The position numbers and the translations under genes are program-made. From NCBI GenBank assembly GCA_038134595.1, contig JAYPVM010000015.1, positions 1 to 41,834 on the forward strand: DNA of 41,834 bases, read 5' to 3'. Position 1 is the first letter of the stretch. Each line of letters opens with the position of its first letter. This document shows, in pieces, positions 37,493-41,834 of this stretch. The DNA is from Pseudomonadota bacterium (GTDB lineage Bacteria > Bdellovibrionota_C > UBA2361 > OMII01). Below the pieces are notes generated by a model that worked only from the letters and a program-made list of their open reading frames with translations, made no database searches and had not been told where the DNA came from.

Positions 37493-39007
37493 GTGGCTAT
37501 AATTATTGATGATGTTTCTCGTACCTTTCATGAGTATTTACTCCTACCGGGGCTTACTGAGAAGGGCCATGTGCCGGCAAACGTTTCGTTAACGACTCCC
37601 ATTCAGCGGTACTCGGTGAAGGATGGAATGCGAGCATCGCTCAATGTGCCATTTGTATCTGCGGCAATGCAGGCAGTCTCCGGGCAAGACCTCGCTATCG
37701 CGTTGGCGAGAAAGGGAGGATGCGCGTTCATATACTGCTCTCAATCAATAGACTCTCAAGCTGCGATGGTTCGAAAGGTTAAAGAACATAAAGCTGGTTT
37801 TGTTGAGTCTGATTCCAACCTTGCGCCGACAGCAACACTTCAAGATGCGCTCGACCTTCGTAAACGCACGGGGCACTCGACGATAGCGATTACAGAGAAT
37901 GGAGGGCGCAACACGAAGTTGCTTGGTCTTCTAACAAGTAAGGATTTTTGGGAGTACAAGGACGATCTGTCGCAGCCGGTGTCGGCATTCTGTACCCCAA
38001 AAGAGAATCTTGTCATGGCCGAAGAGGGGGTTTCGTTGCAGGAGGCAACTAATTTGTTGTGGAAAAACAAGAAGGAATGTCTGCCAGTAGTAACGAAAGA
38101 CGGCGATTTGTTTGCATTGGTTTTTCGGAAGGATTACTACGATCATCAATCGTATCCTGACGAGTTAACTGATGGGAAAAAACGGTTGTTTGTAGGAGCG
38201 GCGCTCAATACCTATGATTATGAGGAGCGAGCTGCCGCTCTTGTAGAAGCTGGTGTGGATTGCTTGTGTTTGGACTCCTCTGATGGATATACCGAGTGGC
38301 AGGCTGAAGCGGCACGAAAACTCCGCGCTACGTATGGTGATAAGATTATCTTGGGTGGAGGAAATGTTGTTTCGGCTGATGCGTTTCGCTATATGGTCGA
38401 AAAAGCTGAAGTGGATTTTGTGAAAGTAGGTATTGGCGGCGGTTCGATCTGCATTACCCGAGAGCAGAAGGGAATCGGTCGTGGACAGGCGAGTGCCGTG
38501 ATGGAGATTGCGGCAGAGAGAGCTCGCTACCTTAAGGAGACCGGAACCTATATTCCTATCTGCTCTGATGGTGGACTCAATAGCGACACTCAGATGATTG
38601 TCGCTTTAGCAATGGGTGCGGATTTCGTCATGATGGGGAAATATTTTGCGATGACAGAAGAGAGCCCAACGTCGAAGATTTCATATCGGGGACGGCTATA
38701 TAAACCGTATTGGGGTGAGGGCTCGAATCGAGCTCGCAACTGGCAGAGATACAAGCAGACTGATTCAGCGGGGCTTGTTTTTGAGGAAGGGGTAGATGCG
38801 TATGTTCCGTATAGCGGACCACTAGGAGATAAGGTAGAGGTTTCGCTGGTGAAGTTACGTTCCACGATGTGCAATACAGGAGTTCTCAATCTCGCTGAAT
38901 TTCATAGTGAAGCACGATTGACGCGTGTATCTGAGATGACGGTGGTGGAGGGCGGAACCTCCAATGTGGAGATGCTCGATAGAATGCAGTCTTCGACCGA
39001 TTCGTAG
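37493..39007 (+). CDS. guaB: IMP dehydrogenase with a CBS pair
   Basis: RTFHEYLLLPG, SAAMQAVS, KVGIGGGSICITRE (catalytic Cys), CSDGG, YWGEGS, EEGVD; GAGG RBS before GTG 37493. Confidence 0.96.
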   Translation: MAIIIDDVSRTFHEYLLLPGLTEKGHVPANVSLTTPIQRYSVKDGMRASLNVPFVSAAMQAVSGQDLAIALARKGGCAFIYCSQSIDSQAAMVRKVKEHKAGFVESDSNLAPTATLQDALDLRKRTGHSTIAITENGGRNTKLLGLLTSKDFWEYKDDLSQPVSAFCTPKENLVMAEEGVSLQEATNLLWKNKKECLPVVTKDGDLFALVFRKDYYDHQSYPDELTDGKKRLFVGAALNTYDYEERAAALVEAGVDCLCLDSSDGYTEWQAEAARKLRATYGDKIILGGGNVVSADAFRYMVEKAEVDFVKVGIGGGSICITREQKGIGRGQASAVMEIAAERARYLKETGTYIPICSDGGLNSDTQMIVALAMGADFVMMGKYFAMTEESPTSKISYRGRLYKPYWGEGSNRARNWQRYKQTDSAGLVFEEGVDAYVPYSGPLGDKVEVSLVKLRSTMCNTGVLNLAEFHSEARLTRVSEMTVVEGGTSNVEMLDRMQSSTDS

Positions 39008-39016
39008 GTAAGTGGT

Positions 39017-39442
39017 GTGTTGATCTCTCCTGAACAATTTCAATTGGCACAAGAGCTAAGAGATATCGGACTCTCGCCTCGTTTCGAAGTGGGCGATATC
39101 GTAGCCCGGGGGTTTGCGGATTTGGGATACGAGGAGTTTCAAGTATTGCCAGGCTCCAAAGTCTTATCTTTGACAGCTGGAACTATTACTGCCATTGATG
39201 CAGAGCAGAGTAGTCATTTCATTTGGTTGCCTACTATTGATGAGATAGTTGCTCTATTGGAGCGATTATCAATACTACTGGCCGAGGTTAATCGACATGA
39301 GTCGCGGAGTTGGATGCTTACGTTAACGCCTGAGCAAAAGAGTATTGCGATTGCCGTCTCTCATGCAAGCCTTCAAACCGTAATGTTGATTGGATTGCGA
39401 AATGTTTTAAGAGATAACCCCGAATTGGTGCAGTTAGTATGA
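39017..39442 (+). CDS. Hypothetical protein
   Basis: 141-aa ORF coupled to guaB (9-bp gap) and maf (ATGA overlap); WLPTIDEIV. Confidence 0.7.
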   Translation: MLISPEQFQLAQELRDIGLSPRFEVGDIVARGFADLGYEEFQVLPGSKVLSLTAGTITAIDAEQSSHFIWLPTIDEIVALLERLSILLAEVNRHESRSWMLTLTPEQKSIAIAVSHASLQTVMLIGLRNVLRDNPELVQLV

Positions 39443-40002
39443 AAGAGATAATTTTGGCCTCTGGCTCACCTAGAAGAGAGGAGTTACTCTCTCAAGCTGG
39501 TATAGAGTTTAGAAAGGTAATTTCTGGTTGCGATGAGATCGAAATAGCAGGTGAATCAGTTTCTACTATGGTTGAGCGTTTGGCGCTAGAGAAAGCACAA
39601 GCTGTAGTGCAACTACACCCAGAGAGTCTTGTCATAGGGGCGGATACAACTGTCTATATTGATGGCGCTGTATTGGGTAAGCCTGATTCAGAACAGGCGG
39701 CGTGTTCGATGTTGCAATTAATACAGGGACGGACTCACGAAGTATGGGGCGGTATAGCCCTTGTCTGTCAGGCGAATAAGACACAAGAGGTGTGGTCGCA
39801 CATGACACGTGTTACCATGGTAGAGATGTCCGAGAGTGAGATTCGACGCTATGTCGCTACGGGTGAGCCGATGGATAAGGCAGGGTCCTATGCGATTCAG
39901 GGAATCGGATTGCAGTATGTGGCAAGTATTGAGGGATCGTACTCCAATGTGGTCGGACTTAATATTGCTTCGTTGCTCCCAGTGATTGACACGTACCGAT
40001 GA
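39439..40002 (+). CDS. maf: Maf family nucleotide pyrophosphatase (YhdE type)
   Basis: IILASGSPRREELL, IGADT, LGKP, DKAGSYAIQG, GSYSNVVGL. Confidence 0.96.
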   Translation: MKEIILASGSPRREELLSQAGIEFRKVISGCDEIEIAGESVSTMVERLALEKAQAVVQLHPESLVIGADTTVYIDGAVLGKPDSEQAACSMLQLIQGRTHEVWGGIALVCQANKTQEVWSHMTRVTMVEMSESEIRRYVATGEPMDKAGSYAIQGIGLQYVASIEGSYSNVVGLNIASLLPVIDTYR

Positions 40003-40697
40003 CAATTGAAGATGCCTTGAAACAAATTCGTGCAGATATCGCGCAGTATTCTTCTAACCGGGCAGTAACGCTGGTAGCAATTACCAAGCGCCAGCCTATT
40101 GAATCAATGCAGGTCTACCAAGAAATTGCCGCATCGCTTGGAATGCCTGTCATCTTTGGTGAAAACTACGTGCAAGAGCTTGCCTTTAAGCGCGAGCAGC
40201 TTGCTGGTGATATTGAATGGCATCTGACAGGGCCGCTTCAGAGCAACAAAATCTCTGAGGCTGTTCGCCTCTCAGACGTTATTCAATCGGTCCATTCTAC
40301 AAAGGTTATCGACGGGATTGCAAAGGCCGCCAGAGAGCAAGGGATACAACAGCGAATATTTCTGCAGGTCAATATCGGACAGGATTCAAACAAACGTGGC
40401 TTTTCGGTCGAAGAACTAGAGGACGCTATTGTAAGATGTGAGAGCCATTCTCAGGGACTTTGTCTGTGCGGTCTAATGACGATTACTCCACATTACGAGG
40501 ATCCTCATTTAACAAAGAAGGACTTCGAAAAACTTGCTCGTGTTAGGAATCGTCTTGAAGAGTCATCGTTGAGGCGATGTTTTCACCAAAACACAATCAC
40601 ATTAAGTATGGGGATGTCGGGAGATTATCAAGTGGCACTTGAGGCTGGAGCCGATATTATCCGCATCGGGAGTCTCTTGTTCGGTGCAAGATTGTAG
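39999..40697 (+). CDS. yggS: PLP homeostasis protein YggS
   Basis: LVAITK, FGENYVQE, WHLTGPLQSNK, GLMTI, LSMGMSGDY, IRIGS. Confidence 0.96.
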   Translation: MTIEDALKQIRADIAQYSSNRAVTLVAITKRQPIESMQVYQEIAASLGMPVIFGENYVQELAFKREQLAGDIEWHLTGPLQSNKISEAVRLSDVIQSVHSTKVIDGIAKAAREQGIQQRIFLQVNIGQDSNKRGFSVEELEDAIVRCESHSQGLCLCGLMTITPHYEDPHLTKKDFEKLARVRNRLEESSLRRCFHQNTITLSMGMSGDYQVALEAGADIIRIGSLLFGARL

Positions 40698-40953
40698 ATC
40701 CCCTGTTAACTTCTTGAGAGATGCCCTGGCCAAAGCGGCATCATAGATACTCAGTTCATGCCTGGGTAGTATAGTCCATTGAGCTTAGAGTGTTGTGTTA
40801 CTGCAATTAGCCGATTTGGTCGAGAGCGCTAATGAGACTTATGACAGGGGCAATAATGCTCTGAAAGACACGAAAAGAGAATTCTAGCGATATCTTCCTG
40901 TTTTTGTCCCTTTAGAGCTCGGAAGAGTATTTTAATACGATTGGAGATACACT

Positions 40954-41367
40954 ATGAAAGCGCATGAGGTTATGAATCAAAACGTAATCGTATTGGATCC
41001 AAATGCTTCAGTTGATGATGCGTGTGATTTAATGTTTGACTGGGATATTAGACATGTGCCAATCGTTTCCGATGGTACCGTGGTTGGAATAGTGAGTGAC
41101 CGGGATATACGATGCTATATGGCAGAAATGTTTCGTGAGATCTCAGATGATGTTGGTGCCGAGCAAAAGAGGAAGACAGAACTTAATGATGTTATGCAAG
41201 CAAAGCCGATTTCAGTTCAGCCAGATGCCGATGTGCAAGATGTAATTGAAGCGATGCTTGAGTGGAAGGTAGGGGCGGTATTGGTATGTGAACCTACGGA
41301 GCGGTTGCGAGGTATTATCAGCTACGAAGATATCCTTGAAGTTGTACGTGATCTATCTGCGCTGTAG
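40954..41367 (+). CDS. CBS domain pair protein
   Basis: IRHVPIV..GTVVGIVSDRDI, KVGAVLV...LRGIISYEDIL; GGAG RBS. Confidence 0.92.
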   Translation: MKAHEVMNQNVIVLDPNASVDDACDLMFDWDIRHVPIVSDGTVVGIVSDRDIRCYMAEMFREISDDVGAEQKRKTELNDVMQAKPISVQPDADVQDVIEAMLEWKVGAVLVCEPTERLRGIISYEDILEVVRDLSAL

Positions 41368-41383
41368 TGTTGTTGAGAAAGAG

Positions 41384-41740
41384 ATGTTTTACACACGAAC
41401 AATAGATCGAGACTACTGGCAGACGTTTTTCAGGGAACTATCGAGAACGCTGTCGGACAAAGGGATTGATATTACCATTCTCTCCGAGGGAGAGGTTGGG
41501 CATCAGAGTACAACCTGGAGTGCTTTTGGCCTTACGTATGACCCGCATGACCAAACAATAACTGTCTCGTCTAACAACCAGGAGCATGTCATAGAGAACC
41601 CGCTCATGGTGCGGACGGAGGAGAGTGCGACTGGGATCCACGCAGTTGAAGTAACCCGTAAAGACAGTGTTCGAGAAATCATTGAGTTTCTAAGACCCCT
41701 TGGTCCCCGGGATACCGCGCATCCGCCCAGCGTACAATAG
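41384..41740 (+). CDS. DUF5335-like protein
   Basis: IDRDYWQTFFRELSR...GLTYDPHD...EHVIENP pattern; ATG 41384. Confidence 0.75.
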   Translation: MFYTRTIDRDYWQTFFRELSRTLSDKGIDITILSEGEVGHQSTTWSAFGLTYDPHDQTITVSSNNQEHVIENPLMVRTEESATGIHAVEVTRKDSVREIIEFLRPLGPRDTAHPPSVQ

Positions 41741-41834
41741 TCGCTCTAAGATGCCTCCTGATCGAGATTAGGGACGTCACAATAAAATTTCTGCACAATA
41801 TCAATAGAAAACACGCAAGCCTAAACGAACACCG

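Overview
Bacterial chromosomal window, probably from a deltaproteobacterial/Bdellovibrionota-like lineage (inferred from gene content only). It opens with the 3' end of an rRNA operon (23S, 5S, terminator). Housekeeping genes include a GT-C glycosyltransferase, an MFS transporter, DTW/TapT, cytochrome c peroxidase, a 2OG-Fe(II) oxygenase, yraN-rnhB, a LOG protein, an HldC-GmhB fusion, a transpeptidase-only PBP, bactofilin, rplS, mreB-mreC-mreD-mrdA-rodA, guaB, maf, yggS, a CBS protein and DUF5335. Several orphan genes are interspersed. The most unusual elements are: (1) a 2653-aa protein without a signal peptide, carrying degenerate annexin-like repeats, a central hydrophobic hairpin and a Pro/Gly linker; (2) a membrane-anchored ABC-fold protein whose catalytic motifs are all substituted; (3) a tandem pair of orphan HEXXH metallopeptidases; (4) an A2665G-equivalent change in the 23S sarcin-ricin loop; (5) a CTAG-flanked MITE-like element; (6) a stand-alone rplS with its own promoter, a ~195-nt structured leader and an acidic N-terminal extension. 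No CRISPR array, tRNA, integrase or transposase was seen. All calls were made by eye, without database searches.
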